Source of the DNA: the human T2T-CHM13v2.0 reference genome, Homo sapiens | Reading direction: 5' to 3' (one strand) | Assembly (NCBI RefSeq): GCF_009914755.1 | Contig: NC_060932.1 | DNA: 64,000 nucleotides | Part shown: positions 10,139 to 24,297 of the stretch, piece by piece | Layout: every line of letters starts with the position of its first letter | Position numbering within the stretch: the first letter of the stretch is position 1 | Position numbers and translations under genes: made by a program | The notes under the pieces: generated by a model | Told to the model about the DNA's origin: nothing | What the model saw: the letters and a program-made list of their open reading frames with translations, nothing else | Databases searched by the model: none

Positions 10139-10490
10139 TTGGGGTCCCCAACCCCCTGGCCACAGACAGGTACTGGTCTGAGGCCTGTTAGGAACTGGGC
10201 TGCACAGCAGGAGGTTAGCAGTGGGTGAGCATTACTGCCTGATTGGGTGAGCAAGCTTTACTGCCTGAGCTCCGCCTCCTGTCAGATCAGTGGAGGCATT
10301 AGTTTCTCATAGGAGTGTGAACACTTTTGTTAACTGCACATGCAAGGGATCTAGGTTGTGTGCTCCTTGTGAGAAACTAATGCCTGAGGTGGAACAGTTT
10401 CATCCCCAAACCACCCCTACCCAACCTCTCTGTTGAAAAATTGTCTTCCATGAAACCAGTCCTTGGTGCCAAAAAGGTTGAGGACCACTG
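10139..10490 (+). mobile_element. MER1B (hAT-Charlie MITE)
   Basis: GGGGTCCCCAACC ... GGTTGAGGACCACTG terminal inverted repeats; internal 'gctccgcctcctgtcagatcag..ggcattag'. Confidence 0.88.
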
Positions 10491-10559
10491 GTATAACATT
10501 ACAGAGGGATAAAAGTCTAGTATACTCCTACTACCTAGATAAAAATTTTGCATTATTAA

Positions 10560-12060
10560 TTAAACATATTTGCTTTTGATTTTTTTAAAGGAAATAGTAA
10601 TTGAACCCTGTTTTCATCTCTCCCTAAATCCATCTTCTCCCTTCTACTCAAATCATGGTTACCACTCACTCATATTTTCATAATTGCACTTTATATGTAT
10701 GCATTTGCCAACCCTGTATATTATTATTTTATTTAAAATTTTACCTAAATAATTTAATTCTTTCTACATTTTGCTTTTAATTTCACTCATCCTTAAAGGT
10801 TTGTTGTATAGATATAAGTATAGATATCTTATATCTCCTTGGTTAGAAGACACTAGTATAGATATAGATTGCTCTGTATCATTTTATAAATGTTTTCCAT
10901 TTATTTACTCCTTACCTTATTGATAGATATTGATTTATTCTCAAATTGTCATTGCTACCTTGTTGCAAAGAAAATCCTTGTATAAGTCTCCTTGTACATC
11001 TTCAACAATCTCTTGATGCTGCATACCAAGAAGTGGAATTTCTGAATCCTTGAGTGTCAACATTTTTAGCTTTACTTGATTTTGCCAACTTACAGTTGTA
11101 CTATACTGTGTTCTTACTAACTTTATAGAAGAATGTTCATTTCACAACATACTTACATAGTGTCCATACAGTGTATAGTGTGTGTGTATATAGTGTGTAT
11201 GTATATATATACAGGATAAACATACATAGTATATATATTTGGGCATTTAACCCAAAATGTAATAATCCTAATTTTTTTATTCTTTTCTTTTTTGCCCTTA
11301 TCTTTTAGCTTGTCTCTTAAAAAATATATATATATATAACTACATTTTTGAAAAATTCCATCTGTGACTCCATTGTCTTTTATCAAACAAATGTAACTTG
11401 TCTACTTTCACTGGGATTGTTAATATATTTGGATTTGTTTCTGCAATCTCATTTGTGCTTTCTATTTATATACCTTTATTGACCTTTTCTTTTGTTTCTA
11501 TTTCCTGCCTTCTATTGAATTATTTAAATAGTCATGATTCCCTTTTATTCCTCACTATTGGTTTCAATATTTTTGTTATCTTAATGGATATAACATTATT
11601 TTTCTGCAGTCAATACTTAGATTTACACATTTCTTTGCTCGCTATTAGGTCTTGAACTTGGGTTCATTTTCTTTTTGCTAAAATCATCCTTTAAAAATTA
11701 TTTCCTTGAGGGCTTATGTATAACAGACTTTTGCACCTGAACTATGGTTTAGTTATATATAATTCCATTTTAGGTTGCCAGAACACTACCAATATTATTA
11801 TTATGCATGTGTATGTCATTTGCCTTTTCTCTTTAGCAGCCTTTAAGATTTTTCTCTTTATCCTTAAGATTCTGCATTTTCAATATATTGTGTCTGGTTG
11901 TAAGTTTTTATTCTTTATTCTGTTATCCAACTAGTTTACCCTTTCAATCTAAGGGCTTCTACCCTGATTCAGTTCTGACAAATTTTAGACATTTATCTCA
12001 TTGAATATTACCTTAGTCTCATTCTACCTATGTTCTGCATGGTTTAGGATTTCTTCCATT
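10560..12060 (-). mobile_element. Degraded L1M antisense fragments
   Basis: T-rich with L1 motifs: 'cataccaagaagtggaatttctgaatc', 'gcctttaagatttttctctttatcctt..tattgtgtctgg'. Confidence 0.5.
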
Positions 12061-13339
12061 CTTTGTTCACAAATTTTCTCTTCAATCCTGTCACACTAAC
12101 AGGTTTGGACTAGGAGCCAGAAATAGATAGGGGAGTTGATGAGATTGGTCCTCAAGTGCAGGCAGGGGAAATAGAAAATTAAAGTCTTGATTAGATGTTT
12201 CCTGTGTTTTCCTAGTGGAAAGCCTTAGAGTGTTCTACAGGAAAGAGACATATTTCCATTACTACTACTACTAGGGCTGTGGCTTTCACCACAAATTGCA
12301 GATGAGACTTCAATATCTCCTGTACAATATATTCCTTCTCTATGTGGTGGATTCCCTAGTCAGGGAATATGTGGTCTAATAAGGAGGGCAGGCTAAGTTT
12401 CCATTAGACATATAGAACAGATGCAAATAGAAGAGAGGGTAAATTGTCTTGGAGGGTTGTTAGCATGATCACTTCTGCCAACTTGAAAGTCTCTAAGTGT
12501 TACACTTTCAGCTTCCACCACCAGCACATTCTATGTATGTTTTAGAATAGCCGTACGGCATCTCCCTCTCAAATATTTTTTCTTGCCATCATAAGTTGCT
12601 CATTATTCTGGTCCCTAATACACTGGATGGTATCCTTAAAATCTGATTGGAGTTCTGTAGTTGGCTTATGTACTGACTTCAATCCAGGATATCAGTGTTG
12701 TAAAGGAATCAAGTAAATAGTGAAAGTAGAAACAATAATGGCAATGGTATAGTGTGTTCCATGTAGAGGAATAAAGCATGTTGATATACCAAAACTCTAG
12801 GGTTAGACTTACTTGGCTGTTGGTACAATATGTAGCAACATCAAAGTAATTTAAGAGCCTGCTGTTCTGTTTCACTGACACTCTGTGGATGATGGTGTTA
12901 TATAGATGACTGTAAAGTTGAAAAGATTTCTATTAGAGTTCTTAATCTTGGAGAATAATTGAAAGCTGTGGCTAAGTACTCAGTGCGAGTCAAAAATTGT
13001 ATTAATAAGTAGGCTGGCAGTTACTTGTAAAAAGAGGGACCCAGTGCAAGGGATGAAGCCTGCCCTTTTGGACAATTTATCTGCCATCACCAGGCTGGTA
13101 TTTTATCAGTTTGAAAAGATAAGTAAAATATACAAATCAAGGGTATGATGTTTCAAGGGTATTTGAGATAGAAAGAAAATACAGTATTTTTTTTGAGGAT
13201 GCTGAAAATGGTCTCAGGTAGTTGCAGAACAACAAAAAAAAATTACAAGACTACTAGAGGTCCCTGGGCCCCTACTCAATTTCTTGAATGGGCCATAGTA
13301 GCAAGCTGGAGTGGTCCCGTTGTATAGTGCAAAATGTGG

Positions 13340-13660
13340 ACACAGGTAATTCCACCTGAAATGTACCTCTCCAACACTTTCCTCAATCTGAATGGAACAC
13401 ACGTTCTCTACCTATTGCCTAAGGATGAGTGGGATTCATCCTTTTGGACTCATCTAAAATGTACTTTTCTCAAGGAAGCAGTCTCTGACACTGTTCCTCC
13501 TGCTCCCTGTCAACCCAGAATGTGAAGCTGTCTTCCTATGTGAACTTCCAATATCCCTTACTTCTGTTGCCTTTGAAATGTTTATTATCTTTGTGGTTAA
13601 TTTGTTTAATTTCTAACTTTTCTACTAGATTGTAAGCTCCAAGAAGGCAAGGACAGTGTT
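13340..13660 (+). mobile_element. L2 3' fragment
   Basis: 'tactagattgtaagctccaagaaggcaaggac'. Confidence 0.55.
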
Positions 13661-13664
13661 ACAA

Positions 13665-13927
13665 TGCTGTTGTTTTTTGATTTTTTAATAATAGACATTC
13701 TTACTGATGTGACATGGTGTCTCATTGTGGTTTGGATTTGCATTTCTCTGATAATTAGTGATGCTGAGCATTTTTTTCATATGTTTGTTGGCTACTTGTA
13801 CATCTTCTTTTGAAAAGTGTCAGTTCATGTCCTTTTCCCATTTTTTAATGGAGTTGTTTTTTGCTCGTTGACTGTTTAAGCTACCTGTGGATTCTGGATA
13901 TTAGATTTTTGTTGGAGGTATAATTTA
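13665..13927 (-). mobile_element. L1 ORF2 C-terminal fragment, antisense
   Basis: 'tctcattgtggtttggatttgcatttctctgataattagtgatgctgagcattttttcatatgtttgttggc'. Confidence 0.85.
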
Positions 13928-14450
13928 GTTTGGCAGTTTTTAATAAAGATAACCTACAGCTATTGTGTGACTCAACAATTTTACTCGTAGGTATTTACCC
14001 AAGAGAAATGAAAGCAGATGTCTACAAAAGGATTTATACATGAATATCCATGTATATCCAGCATAATTTATAGTAGTAAAAAATTAGAAACAGCCCAGGT
14101 ATCCATCAGTAGCTGAATGGATCAACAAATGATGATATATTTACACCATGGAATACTAATCAGCAATAAAAAAGCAAACTACCTTTACACACAAACATGG
14201 GTGAGTCTCCAAAACATCATGTTGAGCAAAAGAAACCCAAAAAAAACACATTCTGTGGGACTCCGTTTATATAGAAATGGGAACAATGGTTGTCCCCAGG
14301 GCAACATTTATAAGATGATGAAAATGTTCTGTATCTTGATTTGGATGGTAGTTTCCTGGGTACATAATTTGTCAAACTTCATCAACATGTAAATGTAAGA
14401 TCCGTGCATTTTACTATATTTAAACTATACCTCTTCAAAATTTTTAAAAA
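13928..14450 (+). mobile_element. L1MB/ME-type 3' end, sense
   Basis: 'caattttactcgtaggtatttacccaagagaaatgaaagca', 'gaaaatgttctgtatcttgat', 'aaactatacctc'. Confidence 0.8.
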
Positions 14451-16109
14451 TAGTAATTTGCAAATAAAGGAGAGATCCACCACCTGTCTGTAATCAACTG
14501 AGTTTCTAGGTAGTTTCTAGCTCAATTGTCTGCAGTGGCGGAAACATATTACCCTTAAATTATGGGAAACTTCAAAGGGACAAGGTCCTCTTCAAAGCAA
14601 ATAATTCTCGTTTTCCACTGGGCTAGCTGATCTTTGTGGAGACCACTCTACCAGAAAAAGTATGTATGCTGATGCACTGATGTGGGGACAGAGGTTTCAG
14701 CCAGGGCAACTTGGATTGTGGTCAGCCCAGCTAGAAGGAAGCCACTGGACTGTCATAGTGGTCTCCAAGAACAAAACAACTTCCTTCAATCCTTTTGGGG
14801 AAAAAGTTCCTTCACCTTTTTTATGTAAAAAGACTACCATGGCAGAAAAATGGTGAATAAACACAGTAGTATACAGGGAAGTCCAGAGTCCATATCCTGG
14901 GCAAAGTAGAGACTGCCTGGATTAAGTCTTCCACATAGGGTAGAGAGCAAGAAGAGTTAAAGTGAAATATTAGCAACAGAGAGTTAGGAAAAAATGGAGA
15001 TAAGATGTTTTAGGACCCGAAGTAAGAAATTGCCTGGCTCTTAGTGGAATGGTGCTTTAAAAGTCCCCTTACAGCTGAGCTTGTGAATGAGAATAGACCT
15101 GTTCAGAAGGCTTTAGGTTGCCTTGGACTTTGGCAGGAAGTCATTTTGACAGAACATCTTCTTTTTTTTAACCTGTGATTGTGTCATGCTGCTGTAGCCA
15201 CGGTCTGTGTTTTGTGCACACTTCAAAGTAATATTTTAAAAGGAAAGAATTATGAACCCTAGAAATCTGGAATTTTCCTTTGAAAAGTAAGCTAAAAGTA
15301 ATTTAAATTAAAAGACACTGATTAAAATCGCCCTGTTTTAGATTTTAAGACATGCTATTTCTTTCTGATTATTATCTCTCAGTTACTTAATATAAACCAC
15401 TCCTAGATCAAGAGAATCAGTCAGAAATTTTGTGATAAAACTCAGGAACTATTCATGAACAGCCAAAAACAGCTTCACAGATAGCCTTCTGAAGACATTT
15501 AATAAGTCCATCATAATCAGCACATGATCCTCAAGAAATAAGAATAAGAAACAGCTGCTTTGTAGCAAATCCCAAGTACAGTAGGGATTAATTCTAAACT
15601 CATGTCACATTTAGTCAGTTTTCATTTGGGACAACAGGGAAAATCCTTACCAGGCTAAGGGCAATTATGTATTTGTCAAAACAGATGAAACATAAATTGT
15701 TAATTCTATTTTTCTCTCAGATAAATATTTCTGTGGAACATGGAATCTTTTAATGTTAAAATAATCAGTGAAGAAAGACTCTTGACAGTTCTTTTTGTGT
15801 CTCGCCTTTTCTGCCTTACTTCACAGTTTTAAATCTGGTCTTAACTCCCTTTGAAAATTCTTTGATGGTGATGATAAATCTTCTTTCCATTTGTCTCCAT
15901 AACATATTCATTCTTCATCATTAAACATAATGCTACCAGTGGTGTTTCTACTATTTCTGAGAATAAGAAAATTGTAATTAACAACTCATATTTTATCATT
16001 CTAAGGACCTGGGTTTGAATCCCATTTCTACCACCTGTAAGCCATGTAATTTTTCCATGCTTTAAATTTTGAGTAATTAGCTGTTTCATCTCTTAAATGG
16101 GAATAATAG

Positions 16110-16438
16110 GGCCGGGCATGGTGGCTTACACCTGTAATCCAAACACTTTGGAAGGCCAAGGCAGGCAGATCATTTAAAGTCAGGAGTTCGAGACCAGCCT
16201 GGCCATCATGATGAATCCTCATCTCTACTAAAAATACAAAAATTAGCTGCACATAGTGATGTGCGTCTGTAATCCCAGCTACTTGGGTGGCTTGAGGTGA
16301 GAGCATCACTTGAACCTGGGAGGCGGAGGTCGCAGTGAGCCAAGATTGCGCCACTGCAGCCCAGTCTGGGTGACAGTGAGACTCCATCTCAAGAAATAAA
16401 AATAAAAATTAAAAATTAATTAATTAGTTAATTTAATA
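16110..16438 (+). mobile_element. AluS, full length, inserted in a MIR (~16005-16109, ~16440-16540)
   Basis: GGCCGGGCATGGTGG start, dimeric structure, A/T-rich tail, TSD-like GGAATAATA on both sides. Confidence 0.95.
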
Positions 16439-19400
16439 GGAATAATAATAGTGATTTATTTACATGGTTGCAATCAGATAATTCATGTAAAGCATAGTAT
16501 TAGCCCATGGTAAGTGCGAAATAAATGGTAGCTATGAGGCTGGTGATGATGAAAGCTCTAGGAGAGCTTTTATGCCTTAATTGCTGATTAATTGCCTGGC
16601 AGGGGTGGTTGAATGGGTTTTTATGCAGTAGGTCTAGTGATGGGCCTGAGATCTGTATATCTAACAAGCTCCTAGGGGATGCCCAGGCTGTGGGGTCATG
16701 AACTATATTTTGAAAATCAAGAACCTCTTTTCCCTCTTGTGGTGTGTTTTGTGATATAGTCTGTTTCTGATTTTTGTAAGTCATGTGCTACTTTGCCTTG
16801 CAATTATTGACTGTACGATTTAGTGATCTTGTGTCTTCCAAGGGACCAAAACAACTAATAGAGAAATAGAGTTTTTTAATTATCCAGATGTTTGGTCTAT
16901 CCCATGGCAAACATTTGGATGCCATGTAGAGCAAGTATGTGAATCACTGACTATTCATCTTTAACATTTTGAATTAGATATACTGGCCTTGTATAAGAAC
17001 AGACTGAGTAATTAGCCATTTTCTCCCCATTAATCTGGCCTATCATGGACTGTTTTACTTGCTCACTAATCTAGGTTTGTAGTTAGCAGTTCACCCCTCT
17101 GTACTATCATCAACCAGCCAGAATTTCAAAAAGGCTTCTGGTGTTAAAAGAGCCCCATAGGCAAATCTGACTCCCTTATCTCTGCTTTAATCAGAAATGT
17201 GTTGATCTTATTATCCCCTGACTGTTCCTCTGATTTCATCAGGCCCTTGTGCCCCACCTTCTGCTGGTCCCAACTATCCCTAACACGTGGAAAGAAGAAA
17301 TGAGAGGGCAACTATCTCCTCTCTGTAAATCAGGCTTATCCATCTCCTCACTTCTCTCTGGTGGTGTCCCGTCTACAGCCCCACAGCTGTGCCCTTGCCT
17401 ACCTTGACCACAGCCATCTCCAGTTCAAAGCCTACAATTGGCTACTTATCACTATAGACTCTAAACCTTCCCCAGCCTCCCTCTTGACATCTCAGACCCT
17501 TTTTCTCAGACCCTTTATGCCAGCTGCAGGAACCTACTGGTTATGTCCTGATACAGCTGTCTAGATAGTGTTGCTGGAAGATCCGGGCCACAGTAGACCA
17601 GCTATTGGGGAACCACAGGGGTCAAGAATGCATTGTCTCTAGAAAGACATCACCTGATTTGAGGCAGCTGTGGGTGGTATGACACAGAGCCATAGACACT
17701 ACCTGCATCCTCTGCGACTTGGATCAGAAATTCCATCAGGGAAGACGTCCTGTATCTTTTAGAGTCTGCCACTGATAGGTTGGTGCGTTGGAATGAGCTG
17801 ACAGACACTGAAGGAAAATTTATCTTCCATGCTTAGAGGCAGTATGTTGTATTCAATGTCGAGAGCAGGGAATCTGGAATTAGATCATAATTTGAATTTC
17901 AGCTTCATTCCTTACTATGAGAACTTATACAAGTTATTATATACATGCACGTAGACGTATGTGTGTGTATATATATTCTTTTTAAAAGGAAAACATTCTT
18001 GTAATATAAATATTTTAAAAATGTGTAGCTAACAATATAACAAACCCTAAAATACTTATGTTTTCATAACTGTTCTTGAACAATTATCAGCTCATGGCCA
18101 GTCTTGTTTCATTTCTACTTTCATCCATTCCCTTTCCTGTATTATTTAGAAGCAAATGTTGGGTATCAAACAAGTTCATCAATAAATCTTTTAGTATATC
18201 TCTAAAAGACAAAGTTTTTAAAAACAAAAAGCTAACCATAATATCTTGCCTGACAAAGTTTAGAATTCTCTAATTTGATCAATATCCAGTAAATGTTCAA
18301 ATTTTCAATTATCTCTTGATTTCTTTATATTATATTTTCTTGAATAAGGATCTAAATAAAATCTATACTTTGTAATTACTAAAATATCTTAAGTGTCTTA
18401 TAATTTATATTCTCCCCCATTACATGTTTTTTGGAATTTATTTTTTGAAGAAACTGAATTGTTTGTCCTGTAGTTTTCCATCATCTGAATTTTGCTTAAT
18501 GCAGAACTGTGGTATCACTTAACATGTTTCTTTATCCAATTCCCTGGTACATTGCATTGTATATACAGGCTTGATCAGATTCAAGTTTGATTTTTGGCAA
18601 AAGTACTTCCTAGGTAGTGCTGTGTTCTCCCATCAACAGACACATTTCTGGTTCTCTGTCTTTGGTGATATTAACAGCCACTGATGATTATGGTTAGCCC
18701 ACTAATTCACAATGGGTAAAAATTGTAATATACTAGACTATCATTACCTCCTCAATTATTAGCTGAAATAGCTATGTAAAGAGAAACTTTCTCTCATCTG
18801 CAATTGGGTTATCCAAAGATACGGTTTGCATAGAAAAAAATCAGTGTCCAAAATAAAGAGTTGATATCTGAACATCATTTAGCAATGGCCGTAAGTTTAT
18901 CTTTAGAAACTCCTATATTTAAATGTACTTGAAGTACTTCAACCCTCTTGTAATTATTCTCCTTATTTATACTTACCAATTTTTGCCCAGTGGGTGACTC
19001 TTTGAGTTTATCCCTATGTTCTTGGATGTAACTTTAGTCATCTTTTATAGCTTCATTTCTATGTAGCATGATACATTTATCCAGACTCATTATGTACAAT
19101 TCTTGCTGAGACCTGGAAATCATTGAAATCTCCAGGAAATTCTGGGCCCTGTTAATGGAAAATTTTACTGGAGGTTTTAATCTGGGCACTAAGAATATTC
19201 ATTACTACTGGGTTTGCCATTATTCCTGGGTGTTTTCAGTAAACACAGTTAGAAAAAAATTGTTTTAAATAGAATTTATCATAAGTTTAGATTGATACTT
19301 CCAGTTCAAATTGAAGACAATAGCATTTTTAATTTAACCTCTTTGATCTTTAATCTGAATCTCCTTTTTCTCATGCTGAGAATCTGACACAGAAAAATAG

Positions 19401-19510
19401 AATATCAAATATTCCTCATTTGCTTTATCTCACAATATACCTACAATATTCTCAGAATAATAATAAACAAAATTACCACCAACTAAATGGTTGGCAAAAA
19501 TAGTATAAGA

Positions 19511-19723
19511 CAATTTTTTGGCTTCTCTGGGCCATATTGGAAGAAGAAGAATTGTCTTGAGCCACACATAAAATACACTAACACTAATGATAACTGATGA
19601 AATTCTAACAATTATGAAAAAAATCTCATAATGTTTTAAGGAAGCTTATGAATTTCTGTTGGACTCCATTCGAGGCTGTTCTGGGTTACATGCAGCCTGT
19701 GGGCTGTGGATTGGACAAGCTTG
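19511..19723 (+). mobile_element. MER30 (hAT-Charlie)
   Basis: 'ttttggcttctctgggccatattggaagaagaagaattgtcttg..cacataaaatacactaacact..ttggacaagcttg'. Confidence 0.88.
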
Positions 19724-20018
19724 GTGTAAGGTATTATCTTGCAGATTTTTTCATTTTTAGGATATATTATATTAGGAATCATTGGCAAATTACTGTGTTT
19801 TTAAGTCACTTTGAATCTCTGTGTGATTATGGTACCAATTCCCTTATTTAATTTTATTTTTTATTTTTATAGATTTTTACCTTAATTTTTTAGTGAGTAT
19901 GTAAAATATTTACATGGTCCATGTCAAGTCTGTAAAACAAGTCTAGTTTCTATCCCTGACTACTCTATTTTCTCCCTCCCCCTATATATAACCACTCTTC
20001 ATTTTATGTTTTCTTTTT

Positions 20019-20516
20019 TGTATACTTTTCTATTTCTGTCATTGCAAATTACTACAAAATTAGTGGCTTCAATACAACACACATTTGTTATTTACGGTTC
20101 TGTAGGTTAGGAGTCCTGACGTGGTTCTGACTGGGCTAAAATCAGCATGTTGGCAGGGCTGTGTGCCTTTCTGGAGACTCCGGGGAAAACTCCATTGCCT
20201 TGCTTTTTGCGGCTTTTAGAGGCCACCCACATTCCTTGGCTAATGGACCCCTTTCTCCATCTTCAAAGTCAGCAATATTGCATTGCATCTCTCTGACCAC
20301 TCTTACCTAGACACATCTGCTGACTCCCCTCTTCTGCTTCCATCTTGACCCTTGAGATCACCTTGGGTTTACCTAAATAATCCAGGAGAATCTCCCATCT
20401 CAAGGTCCTTAATTTAATGAGATCTAAAAAGGCCCTTTTGGTGTGTAAGTAACTACTTCAAATGGCAGGAATTAGAACTGGGACATATTCAAGGGACCAA
20501 AATTTGGCCTGCCATA
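20019..20516 (-). mobile_element. MLT1D-like MaLR solo LTR
   Basis: 'ctgggctaaaatcagcatgttggcagggctg..agaggccacccacattccttggct..ataatccaggagaatctcccatctcaaggtccttaat'. Confidence 0.75.
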
Positions 20517-20638
20517 ATTCCCCACTTTCTTAGATATTAGGTACATACTATTCACATTTTCTCCACCTTGCTCTTTGCACTTAGTACTATATTCACTCCA
20601 TAGTAGCATATGGATATACCTCCCTCATCCTCACTCTT

Positions 20639-20837
20639 GGAGAAATACAGTCATGGATTCTTAGTTTCTGTTTCTGTTTGTGTCAGTAAAGCCCCTTCCT
20701 CATCCCTCTTTTCTGCTTACCACTAGAGACAGAAACTAAAAATCTTGGCTTGAGGCTGCTAAAAGTCTAAAACAAAACAAAATAGAACAGAACAACAACA
20801 ACAACAACAACAAAATAAGGTGGGGTGGACAAGCTTG
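20639..20837. mobile_element. MER30B-like hAT MITE
   Basis: 'cagtaaagccccttcctcatccctcttttctgctt..ctagagacagaaactaaaa..(caa)n..ggacaagcttg'; shares the GGACAAGCTTG terminus with MER30. Confidence 0.7.
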
Positions 20838-21654
20838 CTTTACCACCACATAGTATTCTACCATGAGAATAGACCTTAATATATTCAACCAGCCCCCAGT
20901 AATGGACACTTGAGTCTGTTTCTAGTCATTGCTGTTTCACATATTCGGTAATAAATAGCCATGTACATTTATCTTTTTGTATTTTCCCACTGTGTCTGTA
21001 GGATAGATTTCTAAAAATGGCTTTGCTAATTAGAGTAAAGTATGTAATTTTTTTAGAGGCTACAAGTTTCCTTCCAAATGGTTATATCATTTTACATTCA
21101 TCTATGAACATATGAGAGTGCACCAACATTTGAATGTATTTTCAAACTTTTGAATTTTTACCAATATCAGTATACTTTTAATTTCAATTTTCTTACTATG
21201 GGTAAGTTGTACTTATTTTTGTATGGCTAAAGTGCACTTGGATTTTATTTTCTGTGTGTTCTATGTTTTCATTTCAAACACATTTTTCTATAGGATTTTA
21301 ATCTTTTTCTCCTTTTTTGAGAACACTTTAGAAAATAAGATATCCCCTGTTCTGTGTTATAAGTTGCAAATATTGATCTTGTCTTTTTACTTTGCTGGCT
21401 GTATCTTTTGCCTTTCAATAATTTATATTTTTATGTAATAAAACATCTATTTTTCCTTTATTTCTTCTGGATTTTGAGTCTCTTCAGGTTACTGATGGAT
21501 TCACCTAGTTTTTTTCTAGTATTTTTATAGTTTTACTTTTATATTTAAATATCTGAAATATTTAGAATTTACCCAGCATAGAGTATACTACAAAAAATGG
21601 ATCCAAATTTACTTTTTTATATACTATCCAGTTACTCCATTTAGAAGTTTTTTT

Positions 21655-21800
21655 TTTAACCTCTCTGTAACTCAGTTTCCTCAGCTGTAAAATCAGTGTG
21701 CTAATAGTACTTGCCTCATAGATTTATTGTATGGATTATATGAGACAATGTAGGTATAGTACTTAGCATGATGCCTAGCACATGATAAAAGCTTAATGAT
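21655..21800 (+). mobile_element. MIR
   Basis: 'ttaacctctctgtaactcagtttcctcagctgtaaaat..aatagtacttgcctcatag'. Confidence 0.75.
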
Positions 21801-23865
21801 GATGAAGATGTTGTATTAGTAGAGACTTCAGTGGTTTTAGCCCCTTATTCTGGTCTAAGGTCAAGTCACCCTTGATAATTAGTACCACCTTTTACCCTGG
21901 TGGGATACTGTATTTTGATCTTATTCCTGAGATGCAGTACCTAGTCCTTTTACCTGATTTGCTGACCTGGGTTCTCTTCCTGAGTCCCTAATCCTACCCC
22001 TGGTTGAGAGCCCCCACTTTTCCCTAGGACAAGGTCCCTCCCTGACTTACTGTTTCCAGTCCTCTTCTCTGAATTCAACAAATTCATGAACTGACATTTT
22101 CTTGATGCTGACTACTTATCTGGATTTCTGATACTGACTACTCCCATAATCTTTTTGGGGACTCTGTCTACTTATTGGGACATCAAGATACTGTGTGTAA
22201 AAACTGCTTACTCCTGCTCACCTGAACATAAGCTGTCATTGCCTGGGAGGCCAGATTTTGCCTGTAAATTCGTCTTTTGGTGGGCATGTTGCTGATTTAG
22301 GGTCTATCTCTTTTTTTCTCCTCCCATCTTGAGGGTGGAGTTGAAGGTATTAGAATTGCTTAGCTGGCTATAGGCATGTGGTTAGAACATGGATTGTCTT
22401 CCAATGGACTGAGCCTAAGATGGAGGAGAATATACACAAGTAAAAGATCCTTATCTCTTACCTGGAACCAAAAGTTAGAACAAGCTAAACCTGTAGAAGA
22501 AAACCAAAGCCAAGACATAGGGCTGCAAAGTCAGGAGTTCAAACTTGCAGGATGTGATTTTTTTTTCTTCTAATATACAATTGTATGATGTGCAGCTGCA
22601 CCATCCTGAATCAAAGGGCCAGGCCTGAGAGGACAGTCATTTTCCTTAACATCTGTCTTAACTGATGGTTAGGCTTCGCTCAACACCCATTCCTTCTTTA
22701 TATACTCTCCAGGTTACTTGGAATTCTGACTGGGTCACAAGACAGGAAAAGCAGTGTGTTTCAGCCAGTAACTAATATCAAGCTTTATTAGACAAACTAA
22801 TAACTTGCTTTAAGTGTAGATCATATATCATCACAACAATCAGCTCATTCCTTACTGTGATTCTGAGATTTTGTGAGGACTTCCTAACTTAAAACACCCC
22901 CTCCTTACACCAAGCTCTTTCCGATGCTTAACTCTCCAATGTCTGTTGCAAAATATATATCCTACTCGAATGGTGATGTCTCCATTCCTACTTTCCCCAA
23001 TTTCTATTATTTTGATTGCTGCCAAAACAATATTGAAGATATAAAGATATAATAAATCTACTCTCCTTCTTTAAGCTCCAATCAGTGGTCCTCCTCTGCT
23101 TTCAACATTTTTTGGCCTGATGTGACAGAAATACATTTCTGTTAAATTCTTGTGGCAGATGAGATGCCTCATTTATTTCTTTTAAAAATCAAATCACATC
23201 AATCTCTGAGCACCCCCTGCTCTTCCAACTGACCAAGGTTGTTGAGAAATTCAATGTCCGTAATTTTTCGTGCTTCACAGTTCATGCCTCCCATCTTCCA
23301 TTATGATAGGATTCCAGGACTTAACTTAAATCATTTAAAGCACAAGGGGGAAGAGGCCTGTGAACATCAATCCTCCTGGTCATGGTGAAAACACTGTTGT
23401 CTAGGTCTATATAGTCTATTGGAGAACTGGTAAGTCATTCACTCTACATCGAGCATGGCCTCTAGGGCATTAAATGAGGCCTTGGAGCTCAGACCCAGAC
23501 TCCATATGGACTTGTGCTTCTACACCTATAGGAAGTCTGACCTGTCCACAACACTGCAAATGGCCTGGAAGCAGGATACCACCTTTCACAGGACCCTTCA
23601 TTCTCTGTCTGTTTTGTGTCTAGGAAGTTCATAGGTCCCACTTGCCCTGAAGTCATGAAGTCAAGACGTCTGTGCATTTGTGTGTGTGTCCATGTCCTCA
23701 GGGTTGCCCATCTTATCTGAATGCCACATCTACTAACATTTTCCTATAGGGCACAGAGTCCCAGAATAAACAACACAAGGCCTGACTACCTGTGTTTTAA
23801 GGAGAGAAAAGTATTTCACAGGATTTTATTCTTAACAAACAAACAAAACAAAAAATGAGTAAAAA

Positions 23866-24297
23866 AAGGCATTTCACCAAGCCTATGGTTGATTATAAGA
23901 CGCATCATTATTTTATGTACTACTATGGCACAATGCTTTTTATCATTTATCATTTTAAATTTATATTTATTGAAAGAATATTTTTAGATTTATTGTTTCT
24001 ATAGCATAAAGCATAAGCCCTGATGCTCTGTTTCCTTACCTTTCTCCATAAACAAGAATCCTTTCTTTGTTTCGATACTGAATTATGTGTAAACTTTTAA
24101 AGATGTTTTAATAGCACTAGCCCAACATGTTGCACATAGCTCACCTGAAGCCTGGAATAGCTATGACAAAGTTTTTACATATGCTGGTAATAACAACATC
24201 CCATGCGACAGTGACTGCAAGATCCCATCATGGGAAAGATATATCCCAATCTCAGGGATGTGAAAATGCGTGCATCTTAGAATTGATGAAATACAAT
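23866..24297. mobile_element. TcMar-Tc2 DNA transposon derivative (Kanga/MER104-like)
   Basis: 'gattataagacgcatcattattttatgtac' near the left end; right terminus 'gtgcatcttagaattgatgaaatac'. Confidence 0.5.

Larger units (their letters stand above)
17980..21640 (-). mobile_element. L1MC-type 3' region, antisense, interrupted by MER30, MLT1D and MER30B
   Basis: L1MC 3'UTR motifs: 'aggcttgatcagattcaagtttgatttttggcaa', 'gattgatacttccagttcaaatt', 'atattcaaccagcccccagtaatggacac'. Homologous to 57545-59400. Confidence 0.7.
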
